DNA of 64,000 nt, from assembly GCF_006345805.1 (NCBI RefSeq), contig NC_043014.1:16120001-16184000 (forward strand), given 5' to 3'. The stretch is from Octopus sinensis. Taxonomy: Eukaryota. The position numbers were made by a program, and so were the translations under genes. Of the stretch, positions 12,437 through 25,297 are shown piece after piece; positions within the stretch are counted from its first letter, which is position 1, and each line of letters starts with the position of its first letter. A model generated the notes under the pieces. That model made no database searches, was not told the DNA's origin, and saw only the letters and a program-made list of their open reading frames with translations.

Positions 12437-12475
<39 letters not shown>

Positions 12476-12476
<1 letters not shown>

Positions 12477-13300
12477 GGGTTAGACAAAATAATGGAAGCA
12501 CCTGGCATCATACCATCATAATTTTGAAATATCTATAAAACCGCGAATTATTAGAAAGTATCACAAAAGTACAGCTCCCAAAATTACTGCAGAGCTTAAT
12601 GATCTCCTCGAGAGCCCAGTTTCTACAAAACCGGATTTCACGGAAGGGCTGCAATCAAAAAACCACTATTTTCAAAAACAAACGTTGCAAAGCGTTTAGA
12701 GTGGAGTAAAACCCTACAGAATTGGTCCCTAGGGCAGTGGAAGAATGTTATTTTCTCGGATGAGTTATCCATTACCTTATTTCCCACCACCAGCCGAGTA
12801 TACGTGTGGAGACAGCCAAAAGAAGCATTTAACCCAGACTGCTTTCTACCAACTGTTAAACACGGAGGAGGATCTGTGATGATCTAGGGGTGGGGTATAT
12901 CTTGGAAACCCGCAGGCCCAATGGTTTCCCTTCATGGCAGAATTAATAGTCAAGACTATTTAAGCATTTTATCTGATCAAATTCATCCTATTGTTGCGGA
13001 ATTGTTTCCGGAGGGAAACGCAATCTTTCAGGACGATAATGCATCAATTCACACAGCTAAAGCTGTTACTGAATGGCACGAGGAACAGTCTAATGAAGTT
13101 GAACATCTTATCTGGCCACCACAGTCCCCAGATCTCAATATTATTGAACATTTATTGTGCATTTTAGAAAAAAAAAACCCAGTAAGGAGTCGATATCTTC
13201 CATCATCATCACTACAAGAATTGGAGACTGTTGAACGGACAAAAATTCCTTTGGAAACAATTCAAACTTTGTACGAGTCCATACTTAATAGAATTCAAGC
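12476..13300 (+). mobile_element. Tc1-type DNA transposon fragment, transposase DDE domain with DD36E spacing
   Basis: WKNVIFSDE, VWRQPKEAFNPDCFLPTVKHGGGSVM, IFQDDNASIH...WPPQSPDLNIIEHL; an in-frame stop and deletions; flanked by (TA)n. Confidence 0.9.
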
Positions 13301-13341
13301 TGTATATATATATATATATAGATATATATATATATATATAG

Positions 13342-13385
<44 letters not shown>

Positions 13386-13443
13386 ATATATATATTAATA
13401 TATATATATATATATATACGAGAGATTTAGAAATTCAATATTT

Positions 13444-13527
<84 letters not shown>

Positions 13528-13700
13528 CATACACCTACATACGTACACATACATACATACATACATACATACATCATACATACATGCATACACACACACA
13601 CACATATATATATAATATATATAGGTATATGTATATGTATATATATATATGTATCTCTCTCTCTCTCTCTCTCTCAATATAAATATATATATATATACAT

Positions 13701-13764
<64 letters not shown>

Positions 13765-14929
13765 TATATATATGTCAGTGTGTGCATGAACGTGAGTATG
13801 TGTGTGCGATTGTGTGTGTGTGTGTGTATGTGAGTCTACGTGCGTGCTTGAAAGAGGGAAGTGCTTGTGACCTTTACAAGCTTTCTCATATATTTATAAT
13901 TTACGAATAATTTTTAGATTGAAGTTTGAAGGTTGATGCTTGTGGAGTACAAACATGTACAGGAAGTGTTTTTCAGGGGCAGGCATGACAGAATAGTTAA
14001 TAAGTTCGTTTTCCAATCACATCATTCATGGTTCAATTTCTTTCCGTGACACTTGGGCTTGTGTGGTTTATTGTAGCCCTTTGTTTATCAATACCTTCTC
14101 TGAATGATTTAGCAGACTTCAACTACATGAAAGCCAGTTATATATAAGAAATATTTGTTTCTTTCACAGTGTGTTTCTATCCAGTCATTATAAATTTCTT
14201 GTAGTGAAGATAGGAAGACGCTGTAATAAGCTATCAGGTAAATTCATTATGTAAAAAATAGGCATTGTTCAAGACTAAAAATGTGAAGACTTGGCAATAA
14301 CTTAGGCAATAATTCAAGCAAATTTTACTCTGAATTTGTTGCTATAGGTAGATTTTACTGTAATATATAACTAATTTTTGTATTATTCTCTTTATTGTAC
14401 GAACTAGTTATTACTACTATTATTTTTTAATTGAAGTAACAAGTAATAACAAATAGAAGCAATAACTTGTAATGGAATTTTTAGTTTTAATAAAAGATTT
14501 TATTTGAAATTTTATCCTTAGCGGCAATATTTTAAGTAAAAATTTTCTTGTTCTGTACTTGACCAGATATAATAAGTTGTATTCATCCCCATTTTGGATG
14601 AAAACACAAAAAGATCTCGGAAAAAGTCCCGGAAGTTCACAAAAAGCCTCGTAAAGAAAATAAAATATCAAGGGACGCAACTGTTAGGTGACATCTTTTG
14701 AGCGATTATCTCCCTTGATGTTGCCATTTGGAGAAAAAACCGTGTTGGTTGATGAACTTGTATTATATAGTATCATACGGTATGTTTCTTCTATGTGAGG
14801 AGTTCGCGTGTTGTATATTATTCAACGTTCACGTTCAGAGAAAGAAACTATCCTAGCGAGGTTAGCGGTACGGGTGGTGCTTCCTCTTTGAAATGTCGGA
14901 GTGTGAAATATTGCTAGTGTATGCAGGGA

Positions 14930-16420
14930 AACATGTTTCATTCCTAATATTTAGGATGTCATCTGTTGACTGTATGATATTTATTTAGCTTTTCAGTGAT
15001 ACAGAGGTCACATCTCGTACACCGCTCTCTGCATTTTCAGGCTTTAGCAATGATGCTCCGTGTTATCTAAGAGTTGCTTATTTCTCCTTCTTTCAATGTC
15101 CATATCATATTGGATAGGGATGTTTCATGTCTTTTATTTTTGTCCCTGAATGACGTCACGTGTTGGGTGTATCTTTGCTTGAACAGGTTGCTCGTTATTC
15201 TGATATATGTCTTTGTTACTCTGTTGGGCGCCATGATTTTGGCCTTGTATATAAGTTCTTTTTACAGATAGTTATTATTTAGAGGACAGCAGATCTACAG
15301 TTATAGAGTCTTTCGTGGGTATTTCTGGTGTGCTTATTTTTATTGAGGTTGATTATTATTGACCCTATATTGGGAGGCAACTATAGCTATCTTTAACAGT
15401 GTTGCTGTTGAAGATCTTATGGTATTTGTGTGAATATGGGAAATGATTTTCTATTAATTTTAAGATTTTCCTAATTATGCTAGTGGCTACATTCATGCTA
15501 TAAAGTGGGTTAAACCGCAAGTTTTCCTCTGTCTATGTCTTCTAGATCTATCAGCATTTGGTTCAATGTAGTTTATACTATTCTTTAAGTTGGACCTTTC
15601 TATACAGCATTATGATATGGGGCGGCTTTTTCAAAAGTGTCTTTATCGGCGGATAGATTCGAGCCGCGTCTGCTGATGTTATTAACTAATTGTTTAATGA
15701 CTGCTGGTGGGCGACTGGAGCCTATATCTACGTACGAGGCTTCCTCATTTGGTTTGTGGTAGGCTTTAGATTGGCCTGTACTAAGGTTCATGTTAATATC
15801 TAGGAAGTCGACTTTTTAAAGGTTGGTCCTAATTGTGGTTCTTAGACCTAATTGGTTAAATATTTTGCATAATTTTTTCTTATCCTATGTATATCGTGTC
15901 CGTTTTTATTGTGTATTACTCCCAGGCCATCGTCCCTATATAAAGCATGTTGGCCTCTTTTATTTCTTTTCTGAGGATATCTAGGATATAAAGGCTTATA
16001 AGGCCAGCTATCTCTGCTCTATCATAGCTCCCTATTGCCACCTATTGCCACACCAAATAGCTCATCCCCATTCTTTTATACCCAATAAGAATTATCGTGA
16101 AAAAGTAATGACTACCCTGCGTTCATTATATCTATATCACTGTTTATTATGGTAAAGTAATGACTTTTTTGCGTTCATTATATCTATATCGGTGTTTGTT
16201 ATGATAACATTTGCCTTACTAAATTCAAGTGCCTTTTGAAGTAAGCTTTTGGAGATCGAGGGGTAAAACCCCACAATATCAAATTGGATAAATTTGCATT
16301 TGGGCTTATCTTCTAATTTTTAAACCATTCAATAGTTGCACTACATATCCAATGAGTAATGTTTGAGTATGCTCTAATATATCATATGATCTTATCTAAT
16401 GTCTTTTTTGTGTTTCCATC
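14930..16420 (-). mobile_element. Penelope-like element (Neptune-like RT plus GIY-YIG endonuclease), degenerate
   Basis: Minus-strand translation: FIQFDIVGFYPSISKSLLQKALEF, FGVAIGSYDRAE, YRDDGLG (YRDD at 15929-15940), FLDINMNL..YHKPN..SSRPP, then CPLNNNYL*KELIYKA..TYIRITSNLFKQRYTQHVTSF..TSLSNMIWTLK..CDLCITEKL. Confidence 0.9.
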
Positions 16421-17077
16421 CAAAATGGAGATAAACACCATTCCTCCATGTGATCGGTTTGAATAATTAAGATATTAAGATATTTTTCTTAACATTAAAT
16501 CAATAGTAAGCTTAATACATAAATGAAGAAATTTTATCCTTCAATGCAGTGTTGAACGCTCATTTTCGTCGTTTGACATTTACGTATATATACGATGGGC
16601 CTTGGTCGGCCCGAGTCTATAGTAGAATACATTTTCCCAAGGTGCTATGCAGTGGTACTGAACCCGGAACTATATGGTTTGGAAGCAAGCTTCTTATGTT
16701 CAAGCTGGAACTCCGCAACTTTTATATTTCATGAATATTCCAATACTTTCTGACGAGACGTATATAAGCAGCTTATCAGTAAAATGAAGAACGCAATTCA
16801 GAAAGTGATACGGAAAGTGCACTCTTATAAAAATAAGAGTGCAAAGTCATTAACAAATCTTGTAGCATTAAAACTCGTATTTATTTTTCGCTACAGATAA
16901 AAGAACTGCTGTATTTTGGTGTCGAATTTCTAAAGTAGCAAACGAACGCCGTAAAAAAATGCAGTATGAAACCGAGCCACAAATGCAATATCTAACGAGA
17001 TTTGTATTCTCCAACAAAGCTTAATATCTGTACGAACAAGGAAACAATGTTTACATTGCATACATAAATAATAATAT

Positions 17078-17292
17078 TGATTTCAAATCTTGGCACAAGA
17101 CCAGCAACTTCGGAAGAAGGTATCAGTCGATTACATCGACCCCAGTGCTCAACTGGTACTTATTTTACCGACCCCCTCAAGGATAAAAGGCAAAGTGGAC
17201 CTCGACGGAATTTGAACTCAGAACGCGAAGACAGACTAAATGCCGCTAATCATTTTGTCATGTGTGCTAATGAATCTGCCAGTTCACCGCCT
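17078..17292 (-). mobile_element. SINE family D (Nin/Deu-like central domain)
   Basis: Minus strand GTTCTGAGTTCAAATTCCGTCGAGGTCCACTTTGCCTTTTATCCTTGAGGGGTCGGTAAAATAAGTACC. Confidence 0.8.
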
Positions 17293-18091
17293 TTACTTAG
17301 ACAATTATATTATACAGAAGAATACAGAAAAGTACAAAAACTTGTGACGAGATTAATGTGAAACCAACTCCATAGCATCCAGGTTAAGATCAAACATTGA
17401 TTTACAAAGTTTAGATAAATGTGAAACCTATATAACGTTAAAGGATCATAAAGAGCCAACGTTACATCTTACTTCAAGGGAAAAGTTACGAACCTTTCTA
17501 AACTTAGGAGAGTAAACAAGTACATCATAAACAGCATTAACAACAAAATTAGAAATCCATCGCATTAATACGGTAGAGTTGCAGAACGATGAATTTAGTT
17601 AACTGGTTCTGTAAAATTGGAGACAAAAATATACGTAGATCTACGCTTATCGACATTGTCGATTTTTAATCATCCATCTCCAAATTTCATTTTTTAAAGC
17701 ACTGGAATTTTGGAAGAAATGCTCTCAAACTTATACACATCAACTGGAGGAAAACAAAGAAACCCGTTTCAGTTTTTCATGACTGTTGCAGCTGCGAAAT
17801 TATTCCACTTCGTTGTAGAATGCTTTTGGTAGCTCGACCTGCTAGAAATGGCAACTGAGCCTCTCTTAAATCATATATTACATCTTAAAAAATATAAGAA
17901 CGGTTTTGATGATGTAGTTTAACGTACGTAATTTCATAAAAATAACATTGTAGCTGTTGATCATACTTGACATCATAGATCCATCGATTTAAGCTCATTT
18001 AGGCCTACATAGCAGCAGTAGCAGCAGCAGTAGCAACAGCAGTAGCAGCAAGAGTAGCAACAACAGCAACAACAATAACTACTATTGCAAC

Positions 18092-18390
18092 AGGTGCAGG
18101 CGTGGTTGTATGGTAAGTAGCTTGCTTCCCAACCACATGGTTGTGGGTTCAGTCCCTCTGCATGACACCGTGGTCAAGTGTCTTCTCTAACCTCGGGCCA
18201 ACCAAAGCCTTGTGAGTGGATTTGGTAGACGGACATTGAAAGAAGCTCGTCGTACACACACACCACACACGTGTGTGTGTGTGTGTGTGTGTGTGTAGGG
18301 AGTCTCTCACCCTCGCATGACAACTGGCATTAGTATGTTTACGTTCCTATAACTTAGTGGGTCGGCAAAATGGACCGGTAGAATTATCAA
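18092..18390 (+). mobile_element. SINE family A, 3'-truncated and diverged
   Basis: GGTAAGTAGCTTGCTTCCCAACCACATGG...GTGAGTGGATTTGGTAGACGG. Confidence 0.8.
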
Positions 18391-19188
18391 ACTGGTCATT
18401 AATACCGGAAAAAATTAATGTACAATCCGACAGAGAAAAGAATATTGATTGTTAGTTACATCAAGAGCTATCTAAATATTTTATCATGAACCTCAATTAC
18501 AATTGGGGCTAAGATGAGGAAAAATTTTTTGAAAAAAAAAGTACTCGTTACCTGACTATGTTTCAAACTCCCTCAACTTCAACAATAACTATGGTAACCA
18601 ACTTTTATCCCCAAAGATGATTCGATAGTACAAAATGGTGACTCAATACTTGCAGTGTAATAGTTTTAAACTGGTAGCGGGAAAATAACAAGAAATCAGA
18701 AATTACTCATTTTGCCCCAGTTTCTAATTATACCCCACTCCCCTATACAAATTTTAAGTATTTGACAAAATAACGAAAGATATTGAAAAATGAAAGAAAG
18801 GAAAAAGTTCTATTTAAAGAAAAACATTTGAACATATGTGCAATAATTCTAAAGCAAAATAAATAAATAAATAAATAAATAAATAAAATGCTTTTAGCTG
18901 TTGAGATGTAATTTTATAATTAGAATTAAATTCAAAATTTCAATTTTGGAACATATTCCTCCCTTGTTCTTTCGGAAAATATGACCAAAATTCTCAATAC
19001 TTCACTGAAAATAACAGTTTAGAATAGCAATATAATGTGGTTGTGTGTGTGTGTTTGTGTGTGTTTGTGTATGCGCGCACCTTCAGTTGCAAGGTCATTA
19101 TTCAGTCATGCGTTGAAAGAAGGAATTTAGACTAGAGACAATAAATAACTTCTTTTTATTAATGTCTTTATTTTCATATACATTCATA

Positions 19189-19219
<31 letters not shown>

Positions 19220-19636
19220 TCTCTCTCTCTCACACACACACACACAGATTCGTATGTGTTTTGTAGTTTTTGGGACTGGGTAGCAAACTACCTTTAATTG
19301 AATGAATTGATGTCGCTAACGTGCAGAAATCTATGGTTATTAATAAAAAAGCTGACCCATATTTTTAAAGTTATGTTTATATATTGAAAGAGAGCCTCTT
19401 CATGCAAGACTGCTGGAAGGGACTCGGGGCAATTTTACCCTTCGCCACCCTCTATAAATAGGCCCTGGTCTCTGCGCACCAGAGTAGAAGCATTCAAGTT
19501 TAGTAAACGCTCAGTGATTTGGAAGAATAGTTACTAGAGATTAATATACACTGTTGGGCTGTTTTATTTTCATATCACACCTGGTTTATATAAGTAATAT
19601 GCTTGTTTCTTATTTAACGTGCTTCGAATGTGAGTT

Positions 19637-19688
<52 letters not shown>

Positions 19689-19979
19689 GAAGGTCGACGA
19701 CCTATGCGGTTGTTTAAGCGGTTACAGACGTCAGTAAAAATGCTTCAAACTGTATCCTACCGTCTTAAAAAATATGAAAGGCGAATTGGCTTTTGTAGTC
19801 ACTGAAACACAAGACAGAATGGTTGTGGCTGGAGCGCCATTGATCTGAAGTTTGATCTTAAAGTTATTCCAGCCGTGAAGATACGATCGTTTTATGGTTA
19901 TTTAAGGTCTGATTACGTAAAGGGTCCTTCGGCTGACTTTGGCGTTAAACATTAACATCATCAAGAGCAGTGGAAGCAA

Positions 19980-20035
19980 CGACATCGACAGTAATGAAAC
20001 AACAACAACAAACACAACAGCAATTACTACTACTA

Positions 20036-20078
<43 letters not shown>

Positions 20079-20091
20079 ACTACTACTACTA

Positions 20092-20146
<55 letters not shown>

Positions 20147-20162
20147 CACCACCACCACCACC

Positions 20163-20193
<31 letters not shown>

Positions 20194-20197
20194 ACTA

Positions 20198-20236
<39 letters not shown>

Positions 20237-20270
20237 TTTTGTTGTTATTGTTGTTATTGTTGCTGCTGCT
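19980..20270. repeat. Compound trinucleotide microsatellite (AAC/ACT/ACC/GCT/GTT)
   Basis: Direct reading of the sequence. Confidence 0.95.
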
Positions 20271-20274
20271 TCCA

Positions 20275-20790
20275 TTAATTTTTTTAAAAGCAGGTTTGGA
20301 GAAAGGGACGGCGCTCATGCCTTTTTGCAGACTGTCTGTGCCCGGTAAGATAGACATGGTCGACGTTCCCATTAAGCTGTTGCATAGAGATGAGGAAAGA
20401 CATGAGCAGGGAGGGATTTTCAAAGTGCCATCATTCTGGGCACAAAGGCACGGGGTTGGTATCTCAAGGGTAATGGGTGCAGGTGGCACAATACCAGCAA
20501 CTTCCGAGGAGCAAAGGTTGTTGTAGTAGTGACAGAAATGCAGGTTGAAAACATCACTTGTGTGGGCCAGAGGCCGGTGTGCCTCAGTGACTGACTTTAT
20601 GCCAATCAGAAGGGTGATTTTTCTGTAGTTAAGGTCTAGAATATTTATGCGTGCAGCAGCAGCACTATCCCATATGTGGAAGCGAAACCCCACCTTTGTG
20701 GACCTCATATGAGCTTTATAGAGGGTCAGCAATTATTGAGGCTGAAATGCTTTCTGGCTCTGAAGGGAAGGGCCAGTCTTTGAAGATGAA
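20275..20790 (-). mobile_element. Non-LTR retrotransposon RT C-terminal fragment (clade not assigned)
   Basis: LTLYKAHMRS..HIWDSA..ILD..RKITLLIG..PLAHTSDV..CSSEVAGIVPP..FKKIN resembles the LYKAQIRP..EYC.HIW..CSSEL..VPP type of RT thumb/C-terminus. Confidence 0.7.
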
Positions 20791-21169
20791 GTTTTAGGTA
20801 TGCTAAATATGTGCTCTTGCTATGGAAATGCCCTCAGTGATGGTGAATCCTAATATTTGGAGCATTTACAAGAATTCTTGTAGCGTGTGGCTCATGTTTA
20901 AGCGTTGGTGCAATGGGGTGAGGTGCGATGATATTTTCTTGAGATGAACAGTGTTTTTTTAAAATTCTTTTTGCTGTCGAAGGAATCAAAATCCGCAGGA
21001 ATACTTTTGTGGCCTTTGCTTTTGGAGCAAGTGGAGATTTTTGCAAGTTGTATTGGCCAGTGGTTACCAGCAGCCATCCAAAATATTAAATAACATTTTT
21101 ACACTCTAACTCTTTATTAATAAGAAGACAAAGTGGAGACTGTATCCATACAATTATTTCTTCGCTCTG

Positions 21170-21333
21170 CGGTTGGTTCCCAACCAGATGGTTGAAGGTT
21201 CAGTTCCATTGCGCGGCACCTTGTGCAAATGTCTTCTACTATAACCTCTGACCGACCAAAGTCTTGTGAGTGGACTTGGTAGATGGGAACTAAAAGAAGC
21301 ACGTTGTAATATATGTGTGTGTGTGTGTGTGTG

Positions 21334-21374
<41 letters not shown>

Positions 21375-21527
21375 TGTCTTTGTGTCTGTGTTTGTCCCCC
21401 ACCACCGCTTGGCAACTTAGCGGTTCGGCAAAAGAGACCAACAGAGTAATTATCAGGCTTGAAAAGTACTGGACTTGATTTGTTTGTTTAAATTTCTTCA
21501 ATGACTGAAACAAGTAAAAGATAAAGT
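21170..21527 (+). mobile_element. SINE family A, diverged
   Basis: TTCCCAACCAGATGG...GTGAGTGGACTTGGTAGATGG...ATGACTGAAACAAGTAAAAG. Confidence 0.8.
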
Positions 21528-21920
21528 ATAAATTATGTCAACGCATCCTCCGGCTTTTACATCCTTACACGACTCTCCTCTCTGTTAGAAGCAACGATCT
21601 AGTCTGCACGTGAATAATGCTTCGCTGCGGAAAGCTAAGGAAAATTGCATGGTGGCATCATTTACCGGAGGAGGTAAGTCGTTGGTGTATAAAAGGGAGA
21701 GAGTGGGGTGTGATGGGATCAAACGTTGGGGTGCAGCAGAGCTGGTAGAATTTTAGTCTATCATATCGACCATAAAATTTATTTCATTTGCCTCTGTTAA
21801 ATCGTTAGGATACAAGACATGAATTTAGAGAACCAATTTTTTCCCAGTGGTTTCTCCTTAAAGACAGGCTTCGCAACACCCGTAAACATACAGGAATTAA
21901 ATGACACATATACAAATATT

Positions 21921-22197
21921 TTTTATCTTTTACTTGTTTCAGTCATTTGACTGCGGCCATGCTGGGGCACCACCTTGAAGAATTTTTAGTCGAATGTATC
22001 GACTTCAATACTTATTCACTTTTTATAAGCCTGATGCTTATTCTATCGGTCATAGCCGAACCGTTAAGTTACGGGGACGTAAACATACCAGCACCGGTTG
22101 TCAAGCGGTGGTGAGGGGACAAACACAGATACAAAGACACAAACACACACACACACAAATACATAATACATACATACATACCTACATATATATAATA

Positions 22198-22245
<48 letters not shown>

Positions 22246-22352
22246 ACGGGCTTCTTTCAGTTTCCGTCTACCAAATCCACTCACAAGGCTTTGGTCGGCC
22301 CGATGCGATAGTAGAAGTCACTTGCCCAAGGTGCCAAGCAACAGGACTGAAC
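21921..22352 (-). mobile_element. SINE family A
   Basis: Tail TTTTACTTGTTTCAGTCATTTGACTGCGGCCATGCTGGGGCACC; head segment at 22245-22352, which is duplicated at about 23089-23196. Confidence 0.85.
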
Positions 22353-22714
22353 CCGGGACCATATGACAGGATTCCGCACAATTTACCTCTACCGATTACA
22401 AGCACAAAACATTAGTCAATCCGAGCCTTTAGTAGAGTACGCTTGTTTCAAATGCCACGCAGTGGGACCGAACCCAGATGCACATGGCTGTGGACCGAAC
22501 ATCTTAAGCACATGGCCATCTTGTCGCGTAAAAGTAAATGAAAGAATAGATAAAATTTATTCACAATATCTTGACAATGCTCGCTATGGTGAGAATGTGG
22601 CAAATGCACACGGTTTCGCAATTAGCAATTAAGTAAGACAAGTTAGTATGGCAAATAAATGACATGTAAGGTCTTTGCTGGAAAATAATTGAGAGGAGAG
22701 ACGAGTGGCAGAGG

Positions 22715-22782
<68 letters not shown>

Positions 22783-22934
22783 GAGACAGATAAGAGTTTA
22801 GAGGCTATGAGAGAGAAGGGAGAAAGTGGTAGCGCTTGAAATAGAGACGAAAGAAGGAATTTATTTTGAAAGAGTATATATATATATATTTGCATGTGTG
22901 TGTGTATGTATATACATTATATATATGTATATGC

Positions 22935-22969
<35 letters not shown>

Positions 22970-22996
22970 ATACATAATACATACATACATACCTAC

Positions 22997-23082
<86 letters not shown>

Positions 23083-23558
23083 ATATACAACGGGCTTCTT
23101 TCAGTTTCCGTCTACCAAATCCACTCACAAGGCTTTGGTCGGCCCGATGCGATAGTAGAAGTCACTTGCCCAAGGTGCCAAGCAACAGGACTGAACCCGG
23201 GACCATATGACAGGATTCCGCACAATTTACCTCTACCGATTACAAGCACAAAACATTAGTCAATCCGAGCCTTTAGTAGAGTACGCTTGTTTCAAATGCC
23301 ACGCAGTGGGACCGAACCCAGATGCACATGGCTGTGGACCGAACATCTTAAGCACATGGCCATCTTGTCGCGTAAAAGTAAATGAAAGAATAGATAAAAT
23401 TTATTCACAATATCTTGACAATGCTCGCTATGGTGAGAATGTGGCAAATGCACACGGTTTCGCAATTAGCAATTAAGTAAGACAAGTTAGTATGGCAAAT
23501 AAATGACATGTAAGGTCTTTGCTGGAAAATAATTGAGAGGAGAGACGAGTGGCAGAGG

Positions 23559-23629
<71 letters not shown>

Positions 23630-23781
23630 GAGACAGATAAGAGTTTAGAGGCTATGAGAGAGAAGGGAGAAAGTGGTAGCGCTTGAAATAGAGACGAAAG
23701 AAGGAATTTATTTTGAAAGAGTATATATATATATATTTGCATGTGTGTGTGTATGTATATACATTATATATATGTATATGC

Positions 23782-23820
<39 letters not shown>
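22143..23820. repeat. ~0.83-kb tandem duplication
   Basis: The unique parts are identical at offset 844 (identical 89-aa ORFs at 22363 and 23207); differences were seen only in microsatellite tracts. Confidence 0.95.
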
Positions 23821-23843
<23 letters not shown>

Positions 23844-24150
23844 GTATATGCATGTGTGTGTGTGTATACAGAGAGAGAGAGAGAGAGAAAGAGGGGGACA
23901 GCTTGACACTATGAACATAATGAGGGTATGAAATGGTGCGAGAGGGAGAGAGAGAGAGAGAGAAAGAGAGAGGTATTGAAACAGTGGGAAGCCGAATATG
24001 TCAAAGCTTTCAGTTTAACTCGTTAACTAATCATTTCATTTTGATTAAATTTAAACCACACACAAACACAGGCAAATACTATATCCGCACATTATACTTA
24101 CACAGTCGTACACGCAAACACACACACACACACAACAACACGCACCACAT

Positions 24151-24181
<31 letters not shown>

Positions 24182-24242
24182 AATGCAAGCAAACACATTC
24201 ACGCATACACACGCAAACTGAAAACAGATTAGGCAATATTGT

Positions 24243-24454
24243 TTTCTACTCTAGGCACAAGGCCTGAAATTTTGGGGGAGGGATTAGTCGATTAGATCGA
24301 CCCCACTACGCAACTGGTACTTAATATATCGACCCCGAAAGGGATCAAAGGCAAAGTCGACCTCGGCGGAATTTGAACTCAGAATGTAAAGACAGACGAA
24401 ATACTGCTAAGCATTTCACCCGGCGTGCTAACGTTTCTGCCAGCTCGCCGCCTT
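24243..24454 (-). mobile_element. SINE family D, full length
   Basis: Head AAGGCGGCGAGCTGGCAGAAACGTTAGCACGCCGGG; GTCGACTTTGCCTTTGATCCCTTTCGGGGTCGAT; tail CAAAATTTCAGGCCTTGTGCCTAGAGTAGAAAAC. Confidence 0.9.
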
Positions 24455-24851
24455 ACAAATTCGGCAATATTGACCACTTCTATTCGTCCCTCCCTCTTCC
24501 CGATCTAATGGTTGACAATTTCGGTAAAACTAAACGGCAATAATGTCTTGTATGGAACCAGGCACATATGGGAATGCAATTATCTGGCACCTTTGTTTTG
24601 AAGAGCATGACAATGCAAAACTATGTGTGCAAACAATGGCAGTCAATCCAAACAGGGTTCCAAACTCGCCTTGCTTCGCCAAGAGTGCAATTTCTGTTAT
24701 GTTACACGGACCTACTACTTTGATATCGCCCTTTCCCGAGGTTAACAATAATAAAATGACGTGCTATAGATAAAAGCGCAGGACGCAAAGAAGCACAAAG
24801 CAACTATAAGGATTTGAATGACTGTTTTATTCTGGGTAAGAATATTATTAT

Positions 24852-25226
24852 GCGTGGCTGTGGTGTAAGAAGCTTGCTTCCCAACCACATGGTTCCGGGT
24901 TCAGTCCTACAGCGTTGCACCTTGGGCATGTGCCTTCTACTATAGCTTCGGGCCGACCAAAGCTTTTTGAGTGGATTTGGTAGACGGAAACTGAAAGAAG
25001 CCCGTCGTATGTGTGTGTGTATTTGTATGTGTGTTTGTCACTCACCACTGCTTGAGACCAGTGTTGGTGTGTTTACGTCCCCGTAACTTACCGATCCAGC
25101 AAAAGAGGCTGATAGAATAAGTACTAGGCTTAAAAAATGTCCTGGGGTCGATTTGTTCGACTAAAACCTTTCAAGGTGGTGCCCCAGCATGGCTGCAGTC
25201 AGTCTAATGACTGAAACAAGTAAAAG

Positions 25227-25228
<2 letters not shown>
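24852..25228 (+). mobile_element. SINE family A
   Basis: Head, centre and GGTGCCCCAGCATGGCTGCAGTC tail are present. Confidence 0.85.

Positions 25229-25297
<69 letters not shown>

Larger units (their letters stand above)
10936..12439. mobile_element. Foldback element: ~160-bp inverted arms enclosing a PLE RT fragment
   Basis: 10936-11093 is reverse-complementary to 12278-12439 (for example AAATATTTCCATAGTCTTCAAATAG / CTATTTGAAGACTATGGAAATATTT); (TA)n on both outer sides. Confidence 0.85.

Noticed and set aside
19939-20526. 195-aa plus-strand ORF and the low-complexity half of the 276-aa minus-strand ORF
   Set aside because: A trinucleotide tract joined to the antisense or sense frame of a LINE RT remnant; not a host gene.
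22363-23476. Identical 89-aa ORF present twice
   Set aside because: It begins at a SINE edge and has no recognisable domain; the identity is explained by the tandem duplication.
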